Part shown: in pieces, positions 50,918 to 62,994 of the stretch
How the letters are laid out: each line of letters starts with the position of its first letter
Numbering within the stretch: position 1 is the stretch's first letter
Source of the DNA: Sphaerodactylus townsendi
Lineage: Eukaryota
DNA length: 64,000 nucleotides
Assembly (NCBI RefSeq): GCF_021028975.2
Contig: NC_059437.1
Coordinates: 44,516,001 to 44,580,000, forward strand
Direction: 5' to 3'
Translations under genes and position numbers: made by a program
The notes under the pieces: model-generated
The model's input: only the letters and a program-made list of their open reading frames with translations
The model's database searches: none
What the model was told of the DNA's origin: nothing

Positions 50918-51011
50918 CTACCAGGAGCTGAAGTCCCCAAAGTCTGAGCTTTTCTTCTCTTTTTTGGCCGCTGTGCTGGTGGATGGGCCGTCATCGTCTG
51001 CAGCTCGCTTC
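50918..51011 (-). CDS. PPIL2: PPIL2 last coding exon: KRAADDDGPSTSTAAKKEKKSSDFGDFSSW*
   Basis: ccctttgcag acceptor, phase 2, ends in conserved FGDFSSW and TAG. Confidence 0.96.
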
Positions 51012-51139
51012 CTGCAAAGGGAATGACACAGGGCTGAGTTAAGGGTGGTCTAGGAAGAAGTTAAAAAGCTGGTCTGGAACGCAAGAACAGGAGGAGGCGT
51101 TCCAGCTGTAGGTTTTGGCTATGACTGCAAAGCTCAAGC

Positions 51140-51310
51140 CCTGACATGCCTGGCCCAGGTTAGCCTGATCTTGTCAGATCTCAGAAGCTAAACAGGGTTG
51201 GTCCCTGTTAGTATTTGGATGGGAGACCACCAAGCCAGGCCAGGGTCCCAGCACAGAGGCAGGCAGCTCTGTTGTCTCCTGCCTTGAAAACCCTACTGGG
51301 TTGCCATAAG
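51140..51310 (+). mobile_element. 5S rRNA-derived SINE with BovB/Sauria-like tail
   Basis: 51163-51232 resembles internal 5S rRNA (gatcttgtcagatctcagaagctaaacaggg...ttagtatttggatgggagacc), followed by gccttgaaaaccctac tail. Confidence 0.75.
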
Positions 51311-51601
51311 AAGAAGCGTTCGGATTTACATCCCCCTTTCTCTCCTGTAAGGAGACTCAAAGGGGCTAACAATCTCCTTTCCCTTCTCTCCCTTCTACAA
51401 CAAAAACCCTGTGAGGTGGATGGGGCTGAGAGAGTTCCGAAGAACTGTGACTAACCCAAGGTCACCCAGCTGGCATGTGCTGGGAGTGCACAAGCTAATC
51501 TGGTTCGCCAGATAAGCCTCCACAGCTCAAGTGGAAGAGCAGGGAATGAAATCCGGTTCTCCAGATTAGAGTGCTCCTGTTCTTAACCACTACACCACAC
51601 T
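51311..51601 (-). mobile_element. tRNA-derived SINE (Squam3-like)
   Basis: Reverse match to 3228-3523. Confidence 0.85.
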
Positions 51602-52288
51602 AGCCAGCTACAACTTGACAAGCACTGCAGCACAAAGCTACAAACAGAGCTTCAGGGTTTGTGTGCTTGAGGAAAGGAAAGGCCACCTAGAGACCACCCC
51701 ACAGAGAAGCAGCTGGCCTGGAGTTCCGCCATGTGATACGAGCCTTCTGCTTCTCTGCTCTAGCCAAATCTCCCTCGCATTTCACAGCTGAATAGAAGGG
51801 GTTTTGCTGCAAAGCAAAGCCTTCCCAACCCCACTCTAAGCTTTCCCACAAGAGGCAGATGCTAATTTTACAAGATTCCTTTTTTTACTCTCCACACCAC
51901 TGTTATTCCTGGCCTGCGGAGCAGCTTTTGAGGGAATGACCAGCTAGGCTGGAGTTGAGGATTTCTACTACTGCCAGTTTTACAGCCAGGTCCTATAACA
52001 GAAGTGATCCAGCAGGGAATAGGCTGCAAGGCAATGAGACCTGATCCCTACAATGGGGTGCATCTCTCACTTTCCGGACCAGAAGCGCCAGAGCAGAGAG
52101 CAGCAGCAGCCTGTAAAAAAAACTTCTTCACTAATTGCATTTGTCCGGGGTTTCCCAAACGCATACTGCTCTTCTCTGGAGTTCCCCCCCCTTCTTGTCT
52201 CTCGGCTTCTGCAAAATCTCTGACACAAGCAAATCTGGAAGCATAACGGGCAATGTTTAAACTTGGAATTCGAGCACCGTTTTAAAAT

Positions 52289-52460
52289 NNNNNNNNNNNN
52301 NNNNNNNNNNNNNNNNNNNNNNNNNNNNNNNNNNNNNNNNNNNNNNNNNNNNNNNNNNNNNNNNNNNNNNNNNNNNNNNNNNNNNNNNNNNNNNNNNNNN
52401 NNNNNNNNNNNNNNNNNNNNNNNNNNNNNNNNNNNNNNNNNNNNNNNNNNNNNNNNNNNN
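52289..52460. other. Assembly gap (172 N) in the last PPIL2 intron
   Basis: Run of n characters. Confidence 1.
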
Positions 52461-53089
52461 CTTGATCCAAAGTAGTAAAACAGCCGAGTCATCTGCTCTG
52501 GGGGTGGAAGGCATCACTACAACTCCTTTGTCACAGACAAATAATTTCCTGATGATGTCAAGATTAAAGGAGTCCTGAAGACTAGGTTCCAGTTGCCTGA
52601 GAGAAAAGGAGGCCCATAAATGTTCCAGCAGACGTGGGGTGGGCGCCCCAGAGAATGATGGATCCAGATGATTTCCTGACCATTCCAGGAGAGTTTCCCA
52701 TTGACACAGTGGACCGGAAGGCCTCTTGCGTAAGAGGCACAATTGCTTCTCGGCCCTCTCTCACCTGTAACCTCGTTCAGGTGTGGGTGTGTGCTGTCAA
52801 GTCACAGCTGACTTATGCTGACCCTGTGGAGTTTTCAAGGCACTGGACATTCAGAGGTGGTTTGGCACTGCTTGCCTCAGTGTGGCCTGAGAGAGTTCTG
52901 AAAGAACTGTGACTAGCCCAAGGTCACCCAGCAGACTTCTTGTGGAAGAGTGGGGAATCAAACCTGGTTCTCCAGATTAGTCTGCTGCTTTTAACCACCA
53001 CACCACACTTTGCTCATTTAGCTCTGCAGTTTTTGGAGAAATGGAAGGAAACTAAAGCAACAGGGACTGATGTTAATCAATCATTAGAG

Positions 53090-53237
53090 CAGGGGTCTGC
53101 AACCTGCGGCTCTCCAGATGTTCATGGACTACAATTCCCATCAGCCCCTGCCAGCATGGCCAATTGGCCATGCTGGAAGGGGCTGGTGGGATTTGTAGTC
53201 CATGAACATCTGGAGAACCGCAGGTTGCAGACCCCTG
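53090..53237. mobile_element. Palindromic hAT MITE (CAGGGGTCTGCAACC terminus)
   Basis: 148 bp; perfect TSD cattagag. Confidence 0.92.
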
Positions 53238-54004
53238 CATTAGAGTAACCAACAGGTACCGATGCTAGGGATTATTAGAGTAATTGACAGTACTGAGAAC
53301 CATCTAATACTGGTGCATTCTAGAGTCTACTGAATGGTGTTGTCCAGCAATGCTGGTTAGGCGAGGAAGAGGCCTTTTACATGCTGGTGCCCCAACAGAA
53401 GATACCAACTAACTCTTCTGCAGGTGACTGAGAACAGCTCGCAAAATGCCTTTTTCCAGAGAATATCACTTGCATTCCATCAGACTTCTCATGAGCAACA
53501 ATTGTCCTGAACTGTCCTGAAGTTCTCCTCTGTTATCTTCCCAGGGAGCCTTTCCAATTGATTCAGCCCAAGAATGGGAACAAAGGATTTGGCCACCTTA
53601 ATGCCGGTCTCGTGACCTCTGGATTTGGGCCCTTCACGGCTTGTAGAATCTACCAGTTGTTTCCCATTGTCATTTCTGTTATTGAAGACCTGTGAACTCT
53701 GGCTTTGGAAGAAGCTGAATTAGATGCAACCAACTACAAAACCATCTGTATTGTTGAAGGCAACCAACTACAAAACCATCGCTGGATGATCTAAACAACA
53801 ATCAGTAAATCATGCCTTGTTGGGACAGCCAGCGCGGTGTAGTGGTCAAGAGCAGGTGGGTTCTAATCTGGAGAACCATATTAGGAGGGTTAGAATACCC
53901 TGTTTCTTGCTTTGATCTAAACCCTGCTGTTGCAGTATGAATTCTAAAGTCCTACATTCTACCAAGCCATTAACAGTAAATATCTGATGTGCAAAAATAT
54001 GTAT

Positions 54005-54294
54005 GAGAGCCAGCGTGGTGTTAAGAGCAGGCGGATTCTAATCTGGAGAACCAGGTTTGATTCCCCACTCCTCCACCTGAGTGGCAGAGGCTTATCTGAT
54101 GAACCAAATGTGTTTCCGCACTCCTACATTCCTGCTGGGTGACCTTGGGCTAGTCACAGTTCTTTGGAACTCTCTCAGCCCCGCCTACCTCACAAGGTGT
54201 CTGTTGTGGGGGGAGGAAGGGAAAGGAGCTTGTAAGCCACCTTGAGCTTCCTTACAGGAAAGAAAAGTGGGATATAAATCCAAACTCTTCTTCT
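54005..54294 (+). mobile_element. tRNA-derived SINE (Squam3-like); an isolated second head lies at 53824-53878
   Basis: Head, body and (ctt)n tail. Confidence 0.85.
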
Positions 54295-54590
54295 TGTGGT
54301 AGTCGGCATTTGGGAGCTGTGGAGGACTCAACGCTGGCTGCCAGAGGTGTGGGTGCTCCTGGGCTGCCTCTGGGAGCTGTGGAGGCATCCTGGGGGGCAG
54401 GGCTGGCTAATGCCTTGGCACAGGTGTATTTAACCTTCTCTCTCAAAGCTGAGAGTCGGTTACCCTACTATAAATTCAGAAAACCAGAAGCTGGGTCTAA
54501 ATACAGAAGTCACTTCATTCACTTCATTGGTTCGTGTAAAAAAACCCCACACCTGAAAGGTCAATCATACAAAAGGCACCAGGTACATAC

Positions 54591-54730
54591 GCTGCAGCCA
54601 AATTAATGTATTTCCCGACTCCTTCGCGGTACGTTTTTGGAGTGTGATGCTCTTTCTGCGGAACGACAACTTTGGTTTTCCCTTTTGCTGCCTCCTCTTC
54701 TTGCTGGGCCTTCTCTCTCTCCGCAGCAAC
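54591..54730 (-). CDS. PPIL2: PPIL2 penultimate coding exon: VAAEREKAQQEEE...YREGVGKYINLAA
   Basis: tttctcacag acceptor, gtatgt donor, 140 nt (phase 0 to 2); GVGKYI motif. Confidence 0.94.
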
Positions 54731-54900
54731 CTGTGAGAAAACAAACAGCGCTGGATCATATTCTAAAAGGTCCAAAATCTGACCTGGCAAATGGCCCAGA
54801 GAATGTTCAGTCAAAAAGCAGGATTAAAAGAACCTCCCCAATCCCAAGCAATAGTTTATACTCTGAACTTCATGATCTCTTGTCTTGTCTTGACTAAAAG

Positions 54901-55054
54901 CAGAGGCGGAGTGAGGGGAAACTGCGCCTGGTGCACGTGCACACCCTGTGCCCCTGCTGGGGCGCCGGCACCCCCTCCACGGCCCAGCCATGCCTCCATT
55001 CATGGCTCCGCCCGGGGCACTGTGCCCCTCCGCCCCGCGGGTGCTACGCCACTG
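54901..55054 (+). mobile_element. GC-rich non-autonomous hAT-like element
   Basis: TIR cagaggcg/cgccactg; TSD actaaaag/actaaaac. Confidence 0.8.
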
Positions 55055-55709
55055 ACTAAAACACTAGTGGATCTGATGAGAAACTACTGAATGACAGCTG
55101 TGTGCACAATTCCAAAGCTAGGATGCTCCCCCCTGCTTTCAGAAGATTCCTATTGTCTTTCAGGAAGAGGCGGAGCTTCAGACAGGATGTAGGCCTGGCA
55201 TAGAGATGTACTGGCACCATGTGGCTCTGGAACTTTTCAGAGCAAATTCCTTGCTTCTTGGAAGCTACCCTTAATTCTGTGGCCCTGACAATACATAATG
55301 CTTAACCTCTTGCAAAGCATCTCCCCATTCATCAGGTAGACTTCCCGTTCATCAGGCAGTTTGCCCTCTCCCTCCCACTGACGTTAGATAAGCTCAGCCG
55401 GGAAATGCCTACCTACCAGCTATATTTTCCAACCTACTAGGACTGGTCTGTATTCGGAGTCTTGTACAAGTGTTTGATTTGCATCTTCCCAAGGCCATAT
55501 ATGCGAGAGTGATGAGAGTTCTGACTCAGTTTAATTAGTCATCCATCCATCATCAGGATTTTACCTATTCTAGGCTTCCATTATTGAACCATTCTGAGAA
55601 CTGAAATCTCTAGCCCTTGTGGTTACACAGAAAAGACAGAATGTACGTTGGAATGCCTAAGAACATGCCAGAAGCTGGGGGAACGAAACTCTGAAGGGCA
55701 TCTGGGGGT

Positions 55710-56259
55710 CATAAGAACATAAGAACAAGCCAGCTGGATCAGACCAGAGTCCATCTAGTCCAGCTCTCTGCTACTCGCAGTGGCCCACCAGGTGCCTTTG
55801 GGAGCTCACATGCAGGATGTGAAAGCAATGGCCTTCTGCGGCTGCTGCTCCTGAGCACCTGGTCTGTTAAGGCATTTGCAATCTCAGATCAAAGAGGATC
55901 AAGATTGGTAGCCATAGATCGACTTCTCCTCCATAAATCTGTCCAAGCCCCTTTTAAAGCTATCCAGGTTAGTGGCCATCACCACCTCCTGTGGCAGCAT
56001 ATTCCAAACACCAATCACACGTTGCGTGAAGAAGTGTTTCCTTTTATTAGTCCTAATTCTTCCCCCCAGCATTTTCAATGAATGCCCCCTGGTTCTAGTG
56101 TTGTGAGAAAGAGAGAAAAATTTCTCCCTGTCAACATTTTCTACTCCATGCATAATTTTATAGACTTCAATCATATCCCCCCTCAGACGTCTCCTCTCCA
56201 AACTAAAGAGTCCCAAATGCTGCAGCCTCTCCTCATAGGGAAGGTGCTCCAGTCCCTCA
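55710..56259 (-). mobile_element. Young 5'-truncated CR1 LINE
   Basis: Open ORF2 C-terminus LFSLERRRLRGDMIEVYKIM...FKRGLDRFME, 3'UTR and (ttcttatg)n tail. Confidence 0.95.
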
Positions 56260-56369
56260 GGCTTGAATACCCTGCACAGCTCTTCACTGTGGCCTGCTGA
56301 AACAGATCTAGTTGATTTAGATACAGTACTTAATTAGGGCAACAGAAGTGTGTTGGATCTTATACTCCC

Positions 56370-56474
56370 AGTTGGTTCTGTTGGGTTTTCCGGAAATCCA
56401 CCAGACCACGGCCACACAGCCTGGAAAACCCACCAGAACCAGTTGAATCTGGCCATGAAAGCCTTCAACAATAC
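56370..56474. mobile_element. Collapsed inverted Penelope-like termini
   Basis: ggttctgttgggttttcc / ggaaaacccaccagaacc inverted pair, ending gccatgaaagccttcaacaatac. Confidence 0.6.
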
Positions 56475-57613
56475 TTATACTCCCAGGTCACCATCCACTG
56501 AAAGGACCATTATGATCGCTAGTATCTCATGTTCTAACATAGCTGTCATGAGCTTGAAATGCAATTCATGATGCCCTTGGTTTAATTCACAGCTCAACCA
56601 TATGGTTGCTGGGTGGCCTTAGGCCCTCTTGGTTTTCATCCACAATATGACAATCACATTCCAGGAGCCAAGGAGACATAGGTCTGCTTTTCTGCCCGTT
56701 TTCCCAACCCTGGTTCCAGCTGTAAAGGCAGCTTATTATCGGGCATGGTCTTAGCCAGTGGGCAACTGGGGCAGCTATACTGGGCCCCACTCTGTGTCGG
56801 GTCTGTTGCCTACAGATCTGCCCCCCAATGGAGGGGGGAGAGAACAGCAGGCCCCACCACTGCAGCAGCTCATGCACGCCCCCTTTGGGGCTCAGGCATC
56901 CATTTCTGGCAAAAGCTCCCCCCCCCCCTTGCATGGGCCAAGGACCTCCATTGCTTGGCCCCTGCAAGTATACTGGTAGCAGCAGAGATTCGGGGGCCTC
57001 ATCCTAAACTTCTGCCTGGGCCCTGGAATTGCCGAGGCTGCTTCTGCTTATCATGAATCAGAGTATTTGGAAGGCTTTGAAATTCTGTGGCCCCGTTCTT
57101 CATCAGCTCCCAGCACTGTGCTAAACCGATGCTCTCCCAAGTCACTGAACGAAGGAAATATGAAGAGTGTTATTCTTAGAAAATCAAAGAAAAGGAAGTA
57201 CATAAGAAGAGATCTGCTGGACCGGACTTTAGCACCATCAACTCTAGCATTCTGCTTTCCATAATGGCCAGCTGGATGCCTCTCGGGCACTACAGGCAAC
57301 ACGGAGTCCTTCCTCCTCTAAGAGTCCCCAGGAACAGGTATGGAGAGATACAGTAGCTCTAAACCTGGATGGTCCATTTAGGTTCCATATCGAACAGCCC
57401 TTGAGAAACCTGTTCTCTAGGGGCTTGTCTATTCTTTTTTTAACAAGCCATCTTAATGGCCCCCCCCCCCCCCCCCAGCAGAGACGCTTGCAAGTTTACC
57501 GATATCCAAAAAGGAAAAAGGAGGAACAGCCTCAGACTCCAGATTTCAAGTAACTCCATATAGCTCAGTCACATTTGCAAGCAATCCTTCCATGCTAATA
57601 ATCCCGTCCTCAC

Positions 57614-57676
57614 CTGAGCATCTGCTTCTTCGTATGGATCAACAAAGACAGTTGTTGACTCGATTCGTATTTCCTC
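57614..57676 (-). CDS. PPIL2: PPIL2 coding exon: EEIRIESTTVFVDPYEEADAQ
   Basis: ttctgttcccag acceptor, gtgagg donor, 63 nt; VFVDPYEEADAQ is characteristic of PPIL2. Confidence 0.96.
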
Positions 57677-57994
57677 CTGGGAACAGAAGAGGAGAGAGAA
57701 AACAAACGATTGTGATATGCTCTGCTGAATAAGTATCATTTTCCTGAAGTTTTTTTTATAATGAACTATCATGATACACAGTCTATCTCTGTTTGTGTAA
57801 AGTGTCTTCATGTTGCAGCCAACTTATTGTGACCCCTAGCAAGGGAGTTTCAAGGCAAGCAAGAAGCAGCAGTGGATTACCACTGTCCTCTGCTGTCCTC
57901 TGCACAGTCTTCCTCGGCTGTCCTCTGCACAGTCTTCCTCGGCGGTCTCCCTTCCAAGTAGTGACCCTGCTTAGCTTCCAAGGTCAAGCTATAC

Positions 57995-58135
57995 CAGGGG
58001 TCTGCAACCTGCAGCTCTCCAGATGTTCGTGGACTACAAATTCCATCAGTCCCTGCCAGCAATTGGCCATGCTGGCAGGGGCTTATGGGATTGTAGCCCA
58101 TGAACATCTGGAGAGCTGCAGGTTGCAGACCCCTG
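57995..58135. mobile_element. Palindromic hAT MITE
   Basis: TSD agctatac/ggctatac. Confidence 0.88.
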
Positions 58136-58225
58136 GGCTATACCATCCTACCTCCACTCCCACACAATCTATCTAACAAAGCATTAATACTGCCCAGTAA
58201 TAACCTTTTTTGCAGGCAACACTAC

Positions 58226-58298
58226 CTTGGGACGATCAGTTTTGGGATCGCTTTCCACGTTCTCCATGGCCGTCAGAGTCTCAAAACCACCCACCACT
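58226..58298 (-). CDS. PPIL2: PPIL2 (cyclophilin-like, U-box) coding exon: (R)VVGGFETLTAMENVESDPKTDRPK
   Basis: tttttcttgtag acceptor, gtagtg donor, 73 nt; C-terminal part of the cyclophilin domain. Confidence 0.95.
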
Positions 58299-59604
58299 CT
58301 ACAAGAAAAAAGCAAAGACAGTTTGAAAGGAAAGATAAACTAAACTGAACTTCACGTGAAAGGTGATACACGCTCTTTTCAGGATCAGAGCTAGGAGTCT
58401 GGTTGCGAGCAGGAGATTTTAATTTGGGTAGTTGGACACATTTGAAGTTCAGCTGGATGCCAGATCTAACCCATTCCTGGCCCAACTTGGTGTGAGAATG
58501 CCCTTTTTGAGAACATTTATTTGTTTGTTTAATTAATTCAATTTGTCTGTGGCTTACAGCAATTAAGTAACATGAAATTTGATAGTCAACAATGAAAACA
58601 ATAAAAACAATTAGAACAATTGAACCAGTTAAAACAATTAAGACAATTAAAACAGTTATAATAATTAGTCTAATTAAAATGTTTAAATTAAAATTGACTA
58701 AAACTTATTTTTCAAATCAGAGTTAAAATAAGACTGGCAACAGATGCCATTTAAAGCAGACAGGGAATTAGGATTTGGGCAGGCAACAAGGGCAATTGAA
58801 AGTAGATTATTACAATTTCAGTTTTGAGGGATGAGGGCTTGAATAGTATTGATGATACTGGCTGCAGAAGGTCTATGGAAAAAGGATGCCTGAGATGCTA
58901 GGTTTACTAGCCTTAGTTCTGGTTTAAAGTGGGGATTCCATGGAGATTTTATCATGTATAACACATTAATTGGTACACTGCTCTGTGTCAGCAGCTGCGC
59001 ACAGACAAACGCCCAATGCATTGCAACAAACAAAGAAATATCTATCTTTCTCTGGGTGGGGGGAGGTTGATGAGCATTAAAAGCATTCAGAAAAACACAC
59101 ATCAGGAATCTCTATCAAATAGTTACCCATTCCCCTCACCCCCAAAGTAATCTGGAAATGCACCTAGCTAACGCTTAAAGCTAATACTTGAAGATATGAG
59201 AAGTATGCCATTGTTAAAACTAGAGATGCGAAATAGTACAAAAATATAGGCAGCAGAGAAAAGGGGGCAGTTTATCTTTTTCGGCCAGCTCACTCCCATT
59301 GTTTGCCTCCCTTTTGCAAGCATACTGGAAAAAATGAGGGACACGATCCAAAGATTTTCATCAGTGTTGGAATCAATCAGATCCTAAGGAGAAATCTAAG
59401 TGAAGAAATAGGAAAACACCAACTCTGGCTACTGACACGCAACAGACTTTCCAGTTGTACCAACTGCATCAATATTCCAAGGTAATATTCAATATACTGT
59501 TATCTCCTCTCCCAAATGGCTCCTCTCCAACCGAATCCCTAATTGGCTTTTCTTTATTTTCTAAGGAAATGTTGCTGCATAACATGTAGTTAGCTGTATA
59601 CACT

Positions 59605-60162
59605 AGAGCGCCAGCGTGGTGTAGTGTTTAAGAGTGGCAGACTCTGATATAGGATCATAGAGTTGGAAGAGATCCCAAGGGCCATCAAGTCCAATCCCTT
59701 GTAATGCAGGAACACACAATCAAAGCACTCCTGACAGATGGCCATCCAGCCTCTTTAAAAACCTCCACGGAAGGAGACTCCACTACACTCCAAGGTAGTG
59801 CATTCCACTGTCGAACAGCCCTTACCACTGGAAAGTACTTCCTGATGTTTAGGTGGAATCTCTTTTCCTTGACCTTGAACCCATTACTCCTGGAGAACAA
59901 GATTTGATTCCCCACTCCTCCACCTGAGTGGCAGACTCTTATCTGGTGAATTGGATTTGTTTCTTCACCCCTACACATGTTTCTTCACCCCTACACCCCT
60001 GCTGGGTGTCCTTGGGTCAGTCACAGTTCTCTCAGAACTCTCTCAGCCCCACTTATTTCACAAGGTGTCTGTTGTGGGAGAGGAAGGGAAGAAATTTTTA
60101 AGCTTAAGACTCATTACAGAGAGAAAGGCGGGGTATAAATCCAAACTCTTCTCCTACTTCTT
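59605..60162 (+). mobile_element. tRNA-derived SINE interrupted by a CR1 3' fragment (~59648-59890, minus strand)
   Basis: SINE head stops at actctgat and resumes tggagaacaagatttgattcccc; the insert encodes KEKRFHLNIRKYF...WNALP. Confidence 0.85.
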
Positions 60163-61484
60163 CAACTTTGAATAACCTAGTTATGAATGCCATATTGCCA
60201 GAAGGAAATGGGCACTATCAGAGCCCTTTAAGAGTCAGATTCTTAAATTTATTTTCTACTTTTAATGCGCGTTCTGGGCTCTGCTGGCATCTGTGCCTTG
60301 TATGTTCCCTTTTCACTTGTGTGTGTGTTTTCCCTCTGCCTAAATTATGTCAATTAAACCTTATGCCACACTGTGCTGGCACTGACACAAAAGCAAACAG
60401 TCTCCTGCTCAGAAGACAATGCAAAAATTATTTCTGGAATGCTTTAGGGAAGGAACAAACACACACATGTAGCAGAAGGAAGGAAGGAAAACTTGTTGTT
60501 GCAGGAGCGGGAAAAAAACAGACATCCAGTTCACAAATCGGTGTTTACTAAAAAACCAGCTTGAAGATTTAGATTTGTGTAGGGGTCTTGGAAGAGCCTC
60601 TTTTAAGGGTTACTATCAGGCTTGCCTATTGATTAAAGATTAGCTATGGCTTTCAAGCCAGCTTACAAACACATGCAACTGTCTAATATTGGGTCAGACC
60701 ATCACATGGGTCTACCTGGACTAGAAGTGGTTCTCCAAGGCTTCAAGCAAGAAAAAGGCCTTTTCACGCCCCTTGCAGCGCCTTCTGGTTGCAGCTGTTC
60801 TGAGGCCGCAACAGAACCTTGAAAGCTGGGCAGAGGACACAAAACATCCACCAGCTCTCTTTGGGTTGCGATTTGTCACATACTGACCGTTTTTGCTCAG
60901 CATACTAATAACGTGTGCAACTCATTATTAACGAACCTAGTTTCCCCCTGTTTGCTTTCGCACTGGAGATTTCACCCCTCCAGGAAGCAACTGCAAACAG
61001 TCTGGGTTGCTGCGGCTTCTTCCGTTTCTCCAAAAAGATTGCTAGTTTAGTGATGTTTGTAAGGCCCACGTTGAGGGAAATAAAGTGGGCTGACCCTGTT
61101 TTGGGGAAGAGCCCTGTGTGAAGTCCTTCCTCCAAATGGGATAAATAGCTTCCTCAGCCCATTATACTTGGGCTGTAGCAGAAACCACCACTGATGGCTT
61201 TGGTAATATTATCCCCCACCTTTCCACCCCAACTGGCTCACAACTACAGTCTGAAACCATGGAAGATAATGCCGATACAATACATCTAACAGAACAGATT
61301 AAGAATACATGCAAATTAACAGAGCACAACAGTGGCAGGAAACAAATTAATCACCAACAAAGACTCAGGAAAAGAGGAAAAACTTAGCCTGGTAACTACA
61401 GGGTATAATAGCTCAGAACCAATCAAACTTATCTAGGAAGAGAGTTGCAGAACTTGGGGGGGCCACTGCAGAAAAGGTTCTGCT

Positions 61485-61874
61485 CAGTGGTGGGATCCAA
61501 CATTTTTAGTAACATGTTCCCATGGTGGTGGGATTCAAACTGTGGCGTAGCGCCAATGGGGCTGGGTGAGGCACGACGGGGCATGGCCGGGCATTCTGGG
61601 AGCAGGGCATTGCTGGGCGGGGCTGTGGCAAGGACGCAGCCACTGCGCCGGTCCTTGGGCGGGAAACGAATGCACGCAGGCACAGGCTGCCATGCACGCC
61701 GGTGCACCTCCTGCTAGACTGCTTCCAGTTCTGCGTGCTATTGCTGAGAGAAGGGGCGTAACTAAAGCAAAAATCATGTGGCAAAATCACCAATTAGTCA
61801 CCCCACTCAGCACACACAAATAATTAGTAACCTACTCTCGGGGACCTGTGAGAACCTGCTGGATCCCACCTCTG
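61485..61874. mobile_element. Composite hAT-like element (CAGTGGTGGGAT termini, GC-rich interior)
   Basis: TSD gttctgct/gtcctgct. Confidence 0.8.
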
Positions 61875-62609
61875 GTCCTGCTCCCTTGATCCAGTCACCA
61901 TCTTAGCCACTGATGGAATCCGAACAGGACCCTCCAATTATAATATCAGTCTTCAGTTGGGGAAGACTATTCCGTTTAGGCAGAAGACAAAGTCTTCTTC
62001 CTGAAATTCTTATACTCACTGATTGGGAAGGCTAAAATTCGACGCCTCTCACATTTGCAATTCTCTAAATGAGACATCGGCTTGTGTGTCTTCTTCACTC
62101 TGCTAAGTGTGAAGCTTTCCTCGGATGGAAGCATGTCCTCCTCCAGCGAAAGGGCTCCTTTCATCAGAGAAAGAGGTTGAGCTTCGCAAGATACAAGCCA
62201 TTATGCAAATGCTGAAAACACAGCAATTCTCCTGTAAAGGATTGTTATCTCAGCCCCTCACCCCACCCCCAATACCCTCCTATTGCTACACGTCACAGAA
62301 GGCTCTGCTGCTCTGACACATCGAGTAAATGCAAGGTTAAACTAGAAAGTTTTTGCACTTTTCCATCTCACATTCAGAACAAAGGTCTTTTTTCCTTGCG
62401 CTATCCTTGCTGGTGTTGAACTGAGGATGCCTGAAACTCTCCCATCAGTTGGTTGGATCGCCGGGATCTTTGTAAACTATTATCGGTAAATGTAGCTTAG
62501 CTTCACTTTATGCAACTGTGTTGGTACATATTTGTCTGTATTCCCTCCTTTTGTTTAGTTACTTAATTTCTACTCAATGGGAACTCAACGAGCTCTCCTC
62601 TTCTCCATT

Positions 62610-62994
62610 AGGGAACTGGGGATATTTAGTCAGGAGAAGTGAAGGTTAAGGGGGGGACATGATCGTCATGTTTAGATATTTGAAGGGATGCCATGTTAGT
62701 GAGGGAGCAAGCTTGTTTTCTGCTGCTCCAGAGACTAGGACCAGGAGTAATGGGTTCAAGGTGAAGGAAAAGAGATTCCACCTAAACATCAGGAAAAACT
62801 TCCTGATGGTAAGGGCTGTTTGACAGTGGAATGCACTACCTCGGAGGAGTATGGTGGAGTCTCCTCCTTTGGAGGTTTTTAAAGAGAGGCTGGATGGCCA
62901 TCGGTCAGGAGTGCTTTGATTGTGTGTTCCTGCATGGCAGGGGGTTGGACCTGATGGCCCTGGAGGTCTCTTCCAACTCTATGATTCTATGATT
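62610..62994 (+). mobile_element. CR1 LINE 3' fragment
   Basis: RLRGDMI...TRSNGFKVKEKRFHLNIRKNF, tail ctatgattctatgatt. Confidence 0.9.

Noticed and set aside
51163-51232. Possible 5S rRNA gene
   Set aside because: Partial, diverged and fused to a retroposon tail.
52067-52742. ORFs of 141-161 aa
   Set aside because: Artefacts of the N gap.
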